From Carcharhinus amblyrhynchos (lineage: Eukaryota): a stretch of DNA of 64,000 nt. Location of the stretch: NCBI GenBank assembly GCA_965287045.1, contig OZ336872.1, positions 24,800,001-24,864,000 of the forward strand. Direction: 5' to 3'. Shown here in pieces: positions 1 to 12,664 of this stretch (position 1 is the stretch's first letter; each line of letters opens with the position of its first letter). A program made the position numbers and the translations under genes. A model generated the notes under the pieces. That model was not told where the DNA came from. It did not search any database and was given only the letters and a program-made list of their open reading frames with translations.

Positions 1-1683
1 ACTCCTTGATGAAGACCTTCCTCCTCTCCCTCGCAGCCTCCAGCATTAGATCAAGGACAGCATTGATGTAGCAAGAGGTTGCCTTGACCCAGGTTCTATG
101 CCTCCAGCTCCTGTGACATCTTGCTTCCCTCTGCTGCAGTGGAAAGTTTTGGCACAAACCAAAGATCTTTCCCTCAGGACAACCAGCAGCCTCAGTGATA
201 ACTGCTGTGGAAATCTAAATAAGTCCCACATTTCATCTGACCCACCTCCATTCCCATTTCCATTGGCTCTAACTGGACAGGAAACTGTCTCCAGATCAAT
301 TAAGGGCTTCCATATGTGAAGATCTGACCAATTAACTTTCTCCTAGAGGCAGGTTCCTGATCCAAAACATATTAGTTCCTACTTGCTAGTTGCTACAGAG
401 GTTCCCACTTCTGTAGCAAAAAATCAAGCCAATGATGTACCTGCCTGTCACTGCAGAGCATCTCTGGCCTAGTCCAATGTTTGACAATCACATTCTTCTC
501 TAATTCCTAACAGAACCGATACTTTGCCTTGCATTAAACTCTGTACTTTGTATATGTGAGATATCTCTTTATATCCAAAGTGAAACTAAAGATATTTATG
601 GAAAGAGGGGTATAATTGGATTCCTGACTATGAGGTTATTAGAATACAGAGAAACTAACCCAACTCCTGGTTGCTAGGGAGTTGGAGTACAGTTAAGAGA
701 CAAGACCATGAACTGGGCTATGATCTACGTTGCTAAGGAACTGAGAGTTAGCTAAAAGGAGACAAACAGTAATTAATTGCTGTTTCTGGTTACCACGTAT
801 TATTTGCACTAGTGCACATGGAATTATTGTGAGGAGAAGAAGCAAATCTCTCGAAGCAAGAGGTCAGTTTTTCTCTGTTTTGCAGCAAAGGAGAGAGGAA
901 CTCTTGGAGGCACTGTGTAAGCTGGTTCAAAAGACTTAAAACCTGGAAAACTGTGTGACTAGTACAGAGATACACAAGAGCTGGGTGTTTCTACCAGAAA
1001 TGGCTAAATCATGAACTAGGTTGTTATTACATGGCTGATTGAAAAGGAATGCTGGAGTGCGTTGTTGTGACCCTTGGGAGTAAGGATTCATAGAAGTATG
1101 TCTTACTGACGATAATCTTATCCATGACCCCCAGGGGTTTGACTATTCCAGTGAATGTTTTAAAAAGTGACGTCTCGTCCATAAATACCTTTTCCTTTTC
1201 TTTGCAGGTTATTGGTCTCTGTGGGGATCATAACAATCTTAATTGCTGTCATAACATCTCCATGCATGTTGCTAAGTGCAATATCTCCATGCACTTCCTA
1301 AGTGCAACAGTCAGACCACTATTTGCTGCATATATGGTGGTCACACTCAACTCCCACTTCCTGGTTCACATTAGGCCCCCCTCCAGCCACCACTCAATCA
1401 CTTCCTGTTGACCACGCCTCATGGCACAGTCTCATGATTAAGGAAAACCAGATGTGTCAATCAGTCTGGTTAAGTTTCAAGATTAAAATGTAGATAGTCT
1501 GGTGAAATGGGCAGACACATGACAGATGAAATTTTAGATGAAGGAGTGTAAAAGTATTCATTTTCATTCATAAAATGAGGAGAGGCATCGCAAACTTGCC
1601 TGGAGGTTGCAGAGGAGAATATGAGAATGGTACCAGGTTGGAAAGACCTCAGATACATGAAAAGAATGAAACTTTTTTTTAGC

Positions 1684-1932
1684 ATCACAAGTACCCTTCC
1701 AGTAACATTGCAATGAAGTTACTGTAAAAATCCCCTAGTTGCCACGCTCTGGCGCCTGTTCGGATACATTGATGGAGAATTTACTATGGCCAACACACCT
1801 AACCAGCATGTCTTTCAGACTGTGTGTGGAAACTGGAGCACCCAGACATGGGGACAATATGCAGACTCCACACAGACAATGATCCAATTGATGGAATTGA
1901 ACCCAGGTCCCTGGAACCATGAGGCAGCAATT
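1684..1932 (-). mobile_element. V-SINE variant with alternative (non-CR1) tail
   Basis: Matches the 63701-64000 copy (caatgaagttactgt.aaaatcccctagttgccac.ctc..gcgcctgttc). Confidence 0.8.
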
Positions 1933-2523
1933 TGTTCTCAGTTGAGATGCTTAAAGCAGGAATGTTCAAAACCTTGCAGGGTTTTGAAAGAGTAGAGACT
2001 GTTACCAGTGGCAAAGTATGCAGATCTAAGGTAATTGACAAAAGAAACAGAGACAACATGAGGGGAAGAAATTAAGCAATTGGTTATGGTGATCTGTAAT
2101 GCACAAACTGGGTGAGGGAATTAGATTCAGTACTGCACTGTTCAAAGGGAATCGGATTAATTGGGTTGTCGTTTTCTTGGAGTAGCAGTCAGCTTCAGGT
2201 TGCCCAATTCCTTATGTGAAATTTATTCCATGTCCGTCTTGCCCAACCTTCCAACACAGGTGAGGCAAGATCCAGGCAGCACAGCTTGTCCTGAGACCCA
2301 GCATCAAAGTGCAGGAGAGTTGAATTGCCAAGTAATTTTAAAAGTCCAATGAAATTGACAGTATGGGGAGAAGGTAAGTGCCTAAGTGTTAGGCTCCAAG
2401 ATAAGTGGATAGAATTTGGGAGGTGAGAGAGATCAAAGATCAGATAGGAGTGAGGTGTTGGGCTCTGGGTGTGATTAGTGAGGCAACACCAGGTTTAAGT
2501 CCAACTGATTTATTTGATAGTAG

Positions 2524-2563
2524 ACTCACTAGCTTTCGGGGTTAGTCCCTTCGTCAGGTGAAT
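2524..2563 (-). ncRNA. Minimal type I hammerhead ribozyme motif
   Basis: Minus strand reads AUUCAC-CUGACGA-A-GGG-ACUAAC-CCC-GAA-AGCU-A/GUGAGU. It has a 6-bp stem I, the catalytic core, a 3-bp stem II, palindromic AGCU in place of stem III and a CUA cleavage triplet. Confidence 0.8.
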
Positions 2564-2646
2564 GGAGAGTTCTGGCCTCAGACAGAGCATATAAAGCACA
2601 GACAGTTTACAGATTACTGATTAGAATGCGAATCTCAGAACTCTCC

Positions 2647-2686
2647 ATTCACCTGACGAAGGGACTAACCCCGAAAGCTAATGAGT
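2647..2686 (+). ncRNA. Minimal type I hammerhead ribozyme motif (stem I mismatch)
   Basis: Same motif on the + strand: CTGACGA 2653-2659, GAAA 2673-2676. A instead of G at 2681 breaks the stem I pair next to the cleavage site. Confidence 0.72.
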
Positions 2687-2905
2687 CTACTATCGAATAA
2701 ATCGGTTGGACTTAAACCTGGTGTTGTCAGACTTTTTACTGTGTTTACCCCAGTCCAACGCCAGCATATCCACATTGTGATTAGTGAGGGTCAGACATCA
2801 GGTTGGGGGGAAGGGGTCAGACATAAGGGGATGAGGGGCTTTGGCATTGTTAAGTGGGGGGATTGGACCTCAAGTAGGGGGAAGGTAGGTAGATTATGTG
2901 GGAGC

Positions 2906-3050
2906 CGGGGGGGTGTGAGTGGGGGGGGTTGGGGGGGTGAGTGGGGGGGTTGGGGGGGTGAGTGGGGGGGTTGGGGGGGTGAGTGAGGGGGTTGGGGGGG
3001 TGAGTGGGGGGGTTGGGGGGGTGAGTATGGGGGGGTGGAGTGGAGGGGGG
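2906..3050 (+). repeat. G-rich minisatellite, ~21-nt unit GGGGGGGTTGGGGGGGTGAGT
   Basis: About six tandem units are directly visible. Strong G-quadruplex potential. Confidence 0.9.
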
Positions 3051-3174
3051 AAGTCCCTGCAGTTCATGGAGGTTAGTCTTGTGGTCCCCAAAAATTAGAA
3101 GAGGTTTTCATTCTGCTAACTTTTTCTCGGTGACCATTTGTGTAATCATCCAAAGTTTGCAATTTAAATCACAT

Positions 3175-3478
3175 TTTCTTTTATTTGTTCAGGGGATGTG
3201 AGTGTCACTGGTTGGGCCTTCATTTATTGCCCTTGAACTGAGTGGCTTGCTAGGCCATTTCGGAGAGCATCTGGAGTCATATGTAAGCCATACTATGTAG
3301 GGGTAGCAAGTTTCCTTCCCTAAAGGATATTAGTGAACGTACTGGATTTTTACAACAAAAATTTGGTCATCACTGGACTTTAAATTCCACCATCTGCTAT
3401 AGTAGGATTTGAACCTAGATTACCAGAGTCTTACCCTAGTCTTTGGATTACTTAGCCAGTAACAATACCACTATGCTA
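3175..3478 (-). mobile_element. Second tRNA-headed SINE family (ends gggcaataaatgctggcc...gaataaaa)
   Basis: Shares tttccttccctaaaggatattagtgaac and the B-box-like gatttgaacc with the copies at 21590, 41440, 56474 and 58582. Confidence 0.7.
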
Positions 3479-4851
3479 TCATCTCCCCTGTAATTTTCCA
3501 ATAGTTTCTAGCACAGGGCAATTGCCCAGAACCAGCCTGCAAATCCAACATTTGGAAGCTCGGAGGTTACAGCCCACATTTGTAAGAGAAATATTTGATG
3601 AGGAAAGAGCAGCTGGTACAAATTGAATATCTCTTTCAAGAAGTTGACACATGCATTGTGAACCAAGTAGCCTCCTGTGCTGCCTCAATCAATGATTCTG
3701 ACTTTAAATTAGGTAATGAATGGTGCAAATGAGTTATAAATCATTCCCTGTCCATTTTACTGCTGGTTAGAGGCCCTGGTCCTTGATCAAACTGTCTCAC
3801 AATTAATGGTCCAATCAGCATGTCAGGAAAGCCATAAATATAATGTTCTGTTCTCATCACTTTGAACACCTTTGTCGTTTATAAATTGCCTTAATTTGCA
3901 TTGTGCTTTATAAGTTAAAGAAATAAACTTCACCCATTTAACTGTTAAGTAAGTGTTCAGGACACTCTCCCAGCAGTTGCTACCATATCACAGTAACTAA
4001 ACACAACAAAGAGATCGCTAACAAGTTCCTTCTTAAGAAAAATAACAATAAATTCTATATTTCATTAGGTTATTCCATTATTTAGATCCAAGCTTCCAAG
4101 CAGAGCATAGACATTTGCAGAAACATGAGAATGTCATTTCTGGAAGCCAATCAGTCAAGGTTGAATAACTTATTTATTTTATATTAATTCAAGGGTTTAT
4201 TTTTTTCTCTAACTTTTCTCTCCTGTGTTCCTGAAACCAATGGTTGGGACTGGCTCCACAGTCAAAGCAATTATTTGATATCTTCCCAAGTGACCACAAT
4301 TCTTATTTTAACTGAATAGCGAGGGGGTCATCTTAACCTAACAGGAAACAGGGAGGGTTGGGTTAAGCCTCCATTTTTTATACCCTGGCCAATTTTATTC
4401 CCCATGAAAATTAATGTAAAGTAACATCGGACTGGATGTAAAATTGGGGACCAAAGAGCCTCAGTAACTGAAGTTATAATTTATGCCTGAATGGCAGCAG
4501 GCTATTTGTTCATGGGGAAGTAAGACATCATAGTTAATTCTTCTCACAACCATGAATTGATATCACAATCAGAGAGGTTACTAATCACAATCAGGCTAAC
4601 TTTTTCCATTCCTTAAAATGGGGATATCAAAACCAATTTTAGTTCCTCCAGGCCTATCCTGGATTCATATTCATTAGTTCAGCATAAACCAGAGATCAAA
4701 TCTGGGACAAGTGTGGATTTCACTGGCTTTTTCCTGTGTTTCACTTCACTGGAATTAAAGGGTCAGGAAGGAAGTTCACAACATTTTGCATTTTTGCAAG
4801 TTTAACTTTTAACTAAATGAGATGGAGGTGTGTATGAAAGTGCAAATGTAA

Positions 4852-6504
4852 GTGATCCAAATTTTCTTTATGGTAATTCATTATGTATGCAGCAAGGACG
4901 TGAATAATTTGCCGGGTGTTAGCGATGGAAAGGTGGTAGGACTGGAGGGTCTCAATGACATTACTGTTACTAGAGAGGCGGTGCTCGACAGACTGGAGGG
5001 GCTGATTGTGGACAAGTCTCCAGGACCGGATGGAATGCATCCGAGGGTTCTGAAAGAAATGGCGGAGGTGATAGTGGATGCCTTGGTGGTTATTTTCCAG
5101 ACGTCGCTGGATTCCGGGGAAGTGCCGGACGATTGGAAAATGGCTAATGTTACGCCATTGTTTAAGAAGGGTGCCAGGCAAAAGGCGGGGAATTATAGGC
5201 CGGTCAGTTTAACATCTGTGGTAGGTAAAATGTTAGAATCTGTCATTAAGGAGGAAATTGCGAGGCATCTTGAAGGGAATTGCTTGATAGAGCAGACGCA
5301 GCACAGTTTCATTAAAGGGAAGTCGTGTCTGACAAATTTACTGGAGTTCTATGAGGATGTGTCTAGGGCAGTGGATAGAGGAGAGCCGGTGGATGTGGTC
5401 TTTCTAGATTTTCAGAAGGCGTTTGACAAAGTACCTCACAAGAGGTTATTGCAGAAGGTCGAGGGACATGGAGTTGGGGGTAGGGTGTTAGCGTGGATAG
5501 AGGATTGGTTGTCAAATAGGAGGCAGAGAGTGGGGGTCAACGGGTGCTATTCGGATTGGCGGATGGTGACTAATGGAGTGCCCCAGGGGTCGGTGCTGGG
5601 GCCTCAGCTTTTTACCATTTATATAGATGATCTGGAGGAGGGAACCGAGTGTAGGGTGTCGAAATTTGCTGATGACACCAAGATTGGGGGAACGGCAAAT
5701 TGTGCAGAAGGTGTGGAGAGTCTGCAGAAGGATCTAGATAGGCTGGGCGAATGGGCCAGGAAATGGCAAATGGAATTTAATGTTGGCAAGTGTGAGGTGG
5801 TCCACTTTGGTAGGAAGAATGGTAGGAGGGACTATTACTTACGGGGCAAAAAACTGCAGCAGGCGACGGTGCAGAGGGACCTCGGGGTCCTTGTGCATGA
5901 GTCGCAAAAACCCAGCTTGCAAGTGCAGCAGGTGGTCAGGAAGGCGAATGGGATGCTGGCCTTCATAGCGAGGGGGATTGAATATAAAAGTAGGCAGGTC
6001 TTGCTGCAGCTGTATAGGGCATTGGTGAGGCCGCAGCTGGAGTACTGTGTGCAGTTTTGGGCACCGCACCTGCGCAAAGATATTTTAGCCTTGGAGGGAG
6101 TGCAGAGGAGGCTTACTAGGCTGATACCGGAGTTGAGGGGGTTGAGCTATGAGGAGAGGCTGAATAAACTGGGCTTGTACTCGTTAGAGTTTAGAAGAAT
6201 GAGGGGAGATCTCATTGAGACGTATAAGATGATGAATGGGATGGATAGGATAGAGGTGGAGAGACTCTTCCTGCTCAAAAAAGACAGTAGGACTAGGGGG
6301 CACAGCCTCAAGATAAAAGGGGGGCGGTTTAGAACGGAGTTGAGGAGGAACTTCTTCACTCAAAAGGTGGTGAATCTCTGGAATTCTCTGCCCGTTGAAG
6401 TGGTGGAGGCTGCCTTGCTAAATATTTTTAAGATGCGGGTTGATGGGTTTTTGATAAGAGAGGGGATTAAGGGTTATGGGGAGAGGGCGGGAAAGTGGAA
6501 CTGA
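4852..6504 (+). pseudogene. CR1 ORF2 fragment: reverse transcriptase and C-terminal domain, endonuclease missing
   Basis: Motifs KSPGPDGMHPRVLKE, NYRPVSLTS, LDFQKAFDKVPH, GVPQGSVLGP, KFADD (5662-5676) and LEYCVQFW. The first ~13 codons of the listed ORF are flanking host DNA. Confidence 0.93.
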
Positions 6505-6609
6505 GCAGCGACAGATCAGCCATGATCTTATTGAATGGCGGGGCAGGCTCGAAGGGCTAGATGGCCTACTCCTGCTCCTATTTCTTATGTTCTTATGTTA
6601 TGTTCTTAT
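4890..6609 (+). mobile_element. Young 5'-truncated CR1-clade (HER1-like) LINE
   Basis: Sharp GC/CpG rise at ~4890, an uninterrupted RT reading frame, a CR1-type 3' UTR and a (TTCTTATG)n octamer tail at 6582-6609. No clear TSD. Confidence 0.95.
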
Positions 6610-7521
6610 TCCACTTAGACCACATTTTAAAAAGTAAGTTCAGGAGGATTCATCCGATTATAAGGACTGATACTGCATCAATTTATATGTTATTGTTTTA
6701 GCTGAAGTAACTAATTGTAAGAACAATAGAATAACTATTGTGTACAATATTACCTCTTCAGGTCAAAAGAGAAATCCATTCCTTATGAAAAGTATTTGTT
6801 GAATCATCAAAACTTAAATTACTAAATAGTTTTGTGTTAAATAAGACTGGGAGTTTAGTTTTGTGAGTGTATTAACTAAACATTCATAATCAGTAACATT
6901 TTTTGAAGATTTAAAATGAATTAATTTTTTTGAAATGCAGCAATAAGTAGCATTCTAATTAAACTTGAGTATTAGGAATCCACTTGGAGGGCTACGTCAT
7001 GAACTTGAATGATGGCCTTGAATGAAAATGTTCCTCTCTAGCTGCATAGGTTTTGTCATTTCTGAAGCAAACCACAAGGTGGAGGAATGCAAGAAAGCAA
7101 AGTGCTTCATTTTGCTTATGAGTAAAACAGTCACAATAAAAATCCTCAAACAGGACGATTTTATCTAGGCAAGTTAATTCTGTCCTTCTCAGCTGAAAAA
7201 AAGCAGTGCACAACAGCAGACAAGTCGATGGGAAGAAGTATGTATCCCGTAAGGGAACTAAGATGTCACACCGTATATTTTTAGAAAATATATATTGATA
7301 TCCTCGTGGTCATTTCTAAAATTTAAAAAAGCTGGAAAAGACTTTTAAATATGGCTGAATTTATGTCTGCCTGTGATTCCAGAACAATAGAAGCTACTTG
7401 TCAATTTCAGGGAAACTCGCACATGGTTATCTCTAGGGAGCCAGTGACAAACCTGGCTGTGGGTTACTTAGGTCAAACATAAAGGGAGCTATACAGCTCT
7501 CTGTACTTCATAATCCACTCT

Positions 7522-7812
7522 CATAGAATCCCTATGGTACAGAACGAGGCCCATCAAGTCTGTACCAACCACAATCCTATCCAGGCCCTATTCCTAGAAC
7601 TATCATTTACCCTGCTAACTTTCCTGACAATAGGGTCAATTTAGCATGGCCAATCAATCTAACCCTTTGTACATCTTTGGACTGTGGGAGGAAACCAGAG
7701 CACCCAGAGGAAACCCACACAGACACAGGAGAAAGTGACCCAAGGCTCGAATTGAACCTGAGTCCCTGGCATTGTGAGGCAACAGTGCTTACCATTGTGC
7801 CACCATGCCACC
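7522..7812 (-). mobile_element. HE1-type V-SINE (CR1-like tail)
   Basis: Reverse strand has a tRNA-like head, the V core gggtttcctctgggtgctctggtttcctcccacagtccaaagatgt and the tail gggattctatga. Confidence 0.85.
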
Positions 7813-10800
7813 CACTGTGCCACTCTGACCATTAGGAGTCTATTTGTCTGCTAAGACAGAGGTGCCCTGCAAACTTTCTTTCAATTCTTAACCACTGAGA
7901 CATTTAACAATCCCAGAGACTTAGACCATAGATACACATCCCTTGTCAAAGAGAGGCTGGAGGGGTGGGAATCATGTGACATGATTGTGGAACAAGTAAT
8001 ATTGGTGTGTGGAAGTGAAAATCTCAGTTGGCTGTTCATCATCTAACTGCCAGCCTCACAGAAAAGAATCTCTGCCCAGTTTGAACAGCTGGTCCCATCT
8101 ACACTGCTTCTGCTAAATACTCTCCCATTACCTAGAAGACTGATTCATGCCTGTCTTATTGTGTGAAGTCAAGACCACTGGAAAAACAAATTATATAACA
8201 TTGATTTGCAGCCTGCTGACCTCCATGAAGAAATATCTCATTAGACTTTAATTCAAGACTCTGGAACCCATGTGAAACAATATTTCTTCTCTCTGTGGTC
8301 TCTGCACTCTTGTTTTCCAGTCCTTCTTTTTGTTGGTCTGAGTGTGGAGACAATGTTGCAACCCTCTCCCTATGTTTCGAGTGTCTGCAAATAAACTAAC
8401 CCTTTGAGTTCATCCTATCTCAAGTTTGCTGTGGGATTATAGATAGAAAAGTGGATTGCAATCCACCAAAACTAAGGGATTGGGAAATGCATCACTACTT
8501 ATAAAGGGGGAAACAAATCAAAATATATTTCTGTTTATGAGTGGGTGGTGAGAGGAGATATTAGTGCTGCTTAATAATAATCTCTTTAATAATATCTGTT
8601 GAGACCCCATGTTATAATTAAATGCAGTTCAGAGTGGCTAGAGCAAAAATTAATTCAGGCCTTAGTCCACTGACAATTTCAAAAGATTACCTGAAATTTT
8701 ACTGCCTCCACCCTACCCCAGCACTGGATAAAGCAGCGCACCCAAAGCATATATTTCTATTCAGGGCAAGAGGTACTACAAGTGTCCTAAACAATTGTCA
8801 TGGCTGGGCTGTAGATTAAAAAGGGCACAACTTTAAACATATCAGAACACAAAATTTTATGGCTTTCTAGTTACTAATGGATGCTAGCAGAGAAAAAGCT
8901 ATAATCGCATTCAAACATTTTGGGAGGAAGTGTAAAATCAGTTTTCCGACCTGCCTACAGTGCCCTAAGAGCCTATGCACCAAGAGACTTCTTGGAGCAG
9001 ACAAAACACCAGACAAGGAGGCCTCATCCAGTTCCACCATCCCCTGCCCTCTAAAGGGAAGCTGCAGTTATCTCAGAGCAACATGAAGGAGAGGAGAGTC
9101 AATGAACTAGGTGTTTGCCCCTTTATTCCAACTTTGCACTCAAAGAAATGGGAATCCCCCAAGGGCAAAGGTCAAAAAAGTAGATGCTTTTTTGACAATT
9201 TAATTACTCTGATAATTGTTATTAACCAGACTATATATTTTTATATTTTATCTTTCATGCTAATTTCACTAACAACATCTTGCATGCAAATACCAAAAGT
9301 ACTAATAGCTTAAGACAGAAAATCCTAATCCTAAAGTATTTGCAGCTTGTTCAATGCGGAAATCTGTGTGGAAACCAAATGGAGGAAATTTTACCTAATG
9401 CCAGCGACATTGAAATTATAAGATTTCCTCTGATCACTGATTCCAGTAAAATCACAAGCATGCTTGAACAGAATACTTTCAATGACTTTTCTAGGAGTAG
9501 TAATCAGACTTAATCTTCTCACTAGGTTTATAATGGTATGTGCTCTTCATCAGCACTCCTTTGTTCACTGAGAATGCATATCAGGAATCCATTCATATGC
9601 CATCATGAGTGGCTGCTCCCAACAGTAACACCCCCACCCCACAATCACCCCCACCCCACCTCTACATTTAATGAGTAGAAAAACATTGGGTGTATGCATC
9701 TGGAATTCTCAAATGCGCTTCATGTGCACAAGCTGAGTGCTGGCTACACTGAAGATGAACATTTAGCCCGATGTCAGCAACATCTAACCCAAAAATGGTG
9801 AATTGCACATTCCAGACCTCTCTGTCATCTCTGGGGAAAGAGTTAAATGGTTACAGGGTAACTTTAACATCAGAGAAAATAAACTGGCACTGTGTCAAAT
9901 GTCTTTATTCAATCATATCTGATTATTTGAGGGAAGACTTTGAGAACTACAGTACTATTTATGCGTCCACTCAAAAGTTAACAAAGCACGTTTGCTTTAA
10001 TTCCAAGGACACAATAAAGACAACAGTGTTCTGTTATTTTATAACTCATTTATTAAAATTTGTGGCAAATTAACATTGCTGACATTCTGTGAAAAATGGA
10101 TTGGGTGACATGCATTGCCTGACACAACATGGTTCTCAAAACAGTTTTCTGTCCTTCAGTCTCAACTGTAATATTAGGTAAGATATTGATTTGAGAGCCA
10201 TAGAGAGGAAAAGTCTCTGCAGATTACCCTCACAAGAGCATGTAATATATGAGAAATTAAACACGAATTTAAAGCTTTAGAGACAAACAAACTCATCTTA
10301 CAAAAGATGGTGAACAAAGTGGAAAGGGAAGCATATTTTAAATACTGGAAAAATATACTTTCAGAAGACTAATTATCTATTTCCTCAATATTTCTCAATG
10401 ATATTACCAGAGAAATAACTATCACAGTGTCTTACTTCAACTTAGAATTTGCTAGTGCTGCAAAGCAAAGAGAATTGGAGGTCTGCATGTCATTTGTAAC
10501 TTATGAATTCAGCAGACTTACAGACAATCTTTCCCAAATATGGAGATTTCAATGTTTAAAATATTTCAGATTTCAAATACTATCTGCAAATAAATGTTTG
10601 TGATGATTTGATTGTAATTCAGGCAATTTTTAATCCATTTCATTCAAATGTTGTTTAGATTTTATCTTATTTGAGAACAGACCTTTGTTTACTGGCTCAG
10701 CAATTTGCAAGTGAAGATGCAACAAACTATGAACTAGCTGCTGCGAAGTAACAGCACTCACTGCCAACACAGAAGGAAGCTGCCCACCTCAATCAAGCCA

Positions 10801-12664
10801 ACTCTGTGGTGTGGTTTTCCCCTTTCCTGATGGCACTTTAAATCTGGAATCAAGTCAAAGAGATCTCTTGATGTGTAGCAGCAGTAATGTCAGCAACCAG
10901 GTAAGCAAACAATCACAATGAAGTATTCATACAGGCAGCAGACCAGGAAATCAAAAGCACTAAAAATATTTCACTTTAAATTTAAATTTTCAGATAGCAA
11001 AATAAATGATAAAAATTGGATTAAAGTAAGAGCTAAATTAAAGAGACACAAACTACTTTAAAATTGTTTTAAAATGTGTGGAAATTTTTATCAGTATGAA
11101 GAAATTTTACATTCAACAAATATAAAATTAATGTTACATGATCAATGAGAATGTTCAGTGATAATTTTGAAGTTAATACACCATTAAAAACCACCTTTTC
11201 GAGTGTTTTTGCAGCAAATGTACCAAAGATAGAAGTTCCCATCAATTTATGGATTTCCTATTATGTGTAGGTTGGGAGCAAACTCAAGAGTGCACCCTCT
11301 GGAAAAAAGTAGAATCATTGTCAGAAACTTCTGGATTCCTGTGTTCTTCTTTACATGTGCAGACTCCAGAGGTTTCAGTGGAGTTATGATGGGGAACACT
11401 GACAATTTCACTGTCATTACCACCACAAAATCCAGGCCTCTGCCTTTACCGGCCTCTTGTCTCCTAGTCAATGATTATTCATGGAAATTCCATTCCTGAG
11501 GCTCTCCTGAGGATCCGTTTTCAAGTTGTTATTTGACAATGGTAATGACAATAGCAGGTATTAAGTTGATAGCAAACAGGGAGATAATCTGAAATGAATT
11601 TGTTTTGTTTACCTTTTCTGCACCTTTGCCTTTTCTCTGCCCAAATGAGAATGAAAATCATTGCGTTAAAAAATTGAGCAATTTGTATTCACAAGCTTGT
11701 ATTGAAATTTGACATTCTCTACAATATTAATTTTCTAAACAGGCTTGAAATGCAACATTCAAAACGCAAAGGCCAGTTAAAATGTGCTGATGAGATGCTG
11801 GAGAAAGTAGCTGCGGTTTTCCATTGGGAAAACAAAACCAATCATTTTTGTTCTTGTTTACTCATTCCATAGTGACAGGCTTCTTGTGCAGATGACTATA
11901 TCTATCCTGTACAATCACCACATTAAATTGGCTCTGACAGATAGTGGGGCTTGAATGGCTTGTATATTGGCACTCACTTTGAATTCCAAAGGACTGATGT
12001 GATTAGTCCTTGAGTTTATACAAGTAAATCCAACTGTGTTATCCTAGCAGCAGAAGCATTGATCCTGGAGAAACTGGATGATGTGTCTCGTTTGATTTAG
12101 TAATATACATTCTAAGAACAGGCTCCCCAATGTTGATCTCCCAGATCCTGAATTAAACAAATGCCAATGCAAAAGTGGCTTTTGAGAAATTATGTTGAGA
12201 TATCACTGGCAACAAATTTCTGTAGTTTAGCACATTCCTTAAGAACTTATTTTGAGACAACATTGCTAACTCTGACATTCTCCCACTTTTCTAACAATAC
12301 TGCATTTGAATAGATCCTCAGAGACAAATAAGGACAAGAAAGAAAGTGCTTTCAGTTGTACAATTGTACAGTCCTATTTTTATCCTAATGATGTTGTAAA
12401 GTGCTTCCAAGCCACTGAAGTACTTTTGAAATGCTGTTACTGTTGTAGAGAATGCATCGTTACAGCTAATTTATACACAGCAATGTCCCACAAACTTCAA
12501 TGAGATAAAAGAGCAGATTATCTGTTATTGCAATGTTGGGTGAAGGATAATTGTTGGCAAAGAGTTTGGAAGAATTCTCCTACTCTTCTTCAAAAAGTAT
12601 TATCTCACCTTTTGCACTCACCTAAAGGAGAGTTCAATGTCTGATCCAAAATGCACCTTTGACA

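Larger units (their letters stand above)
2484..2775. mobile_element. Penelope-like element relic: inverted pseudo-LTR pair with 14-bp TSD
   Basis: Arms 2484-2574 and 2636-2726 are near-perfect reverse complements. The right arm continues to ...ccagtccaacgccagcatatccacat. Direct repeat TGTGATTAGTGAGG at 2470-2483 and 2776-2789. Each arm holds a hammerhead core. Confidence 0.85.

Noticed and set aside
556-1185. Possible solo LTR (starts TGTGAG, repeated ttgcta.gga motifs)
   Set aside because: No terminal CA, TSD, PBS or second copy could be confirmed. It is left unclassified pending a repeat-library search.
1964-1988. Hairpin ttcaaaacc-ttgcag-ggttttgaa
   Set aside because: It lies in a decayed CR1 3' coding remnant where a similar quasi-palindrome is expected. 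No evidence of function.
2484-2726. Interpretation of the long hairpin as a pre-miRNA or DNA-transposon MITE
   Set aside because: Only one arm reaches the insertion boundary (there is a 49-bp extra tail), the TSD is 14 bp, and single-arm homologues occur at 12665 and 54641. This fits Penelope-like retroelement termini better.
2681-3091. Gly/Trp-rich and Pro/Thr-rich ORFs
   Set aside because: They are translations of the G-rich minisatellite.
4813-6359. Overlapping antisense and alternate-frame ORFs inside the CR1
   Set aside because: These are shadows of the RT reading frame with no independent motifs.
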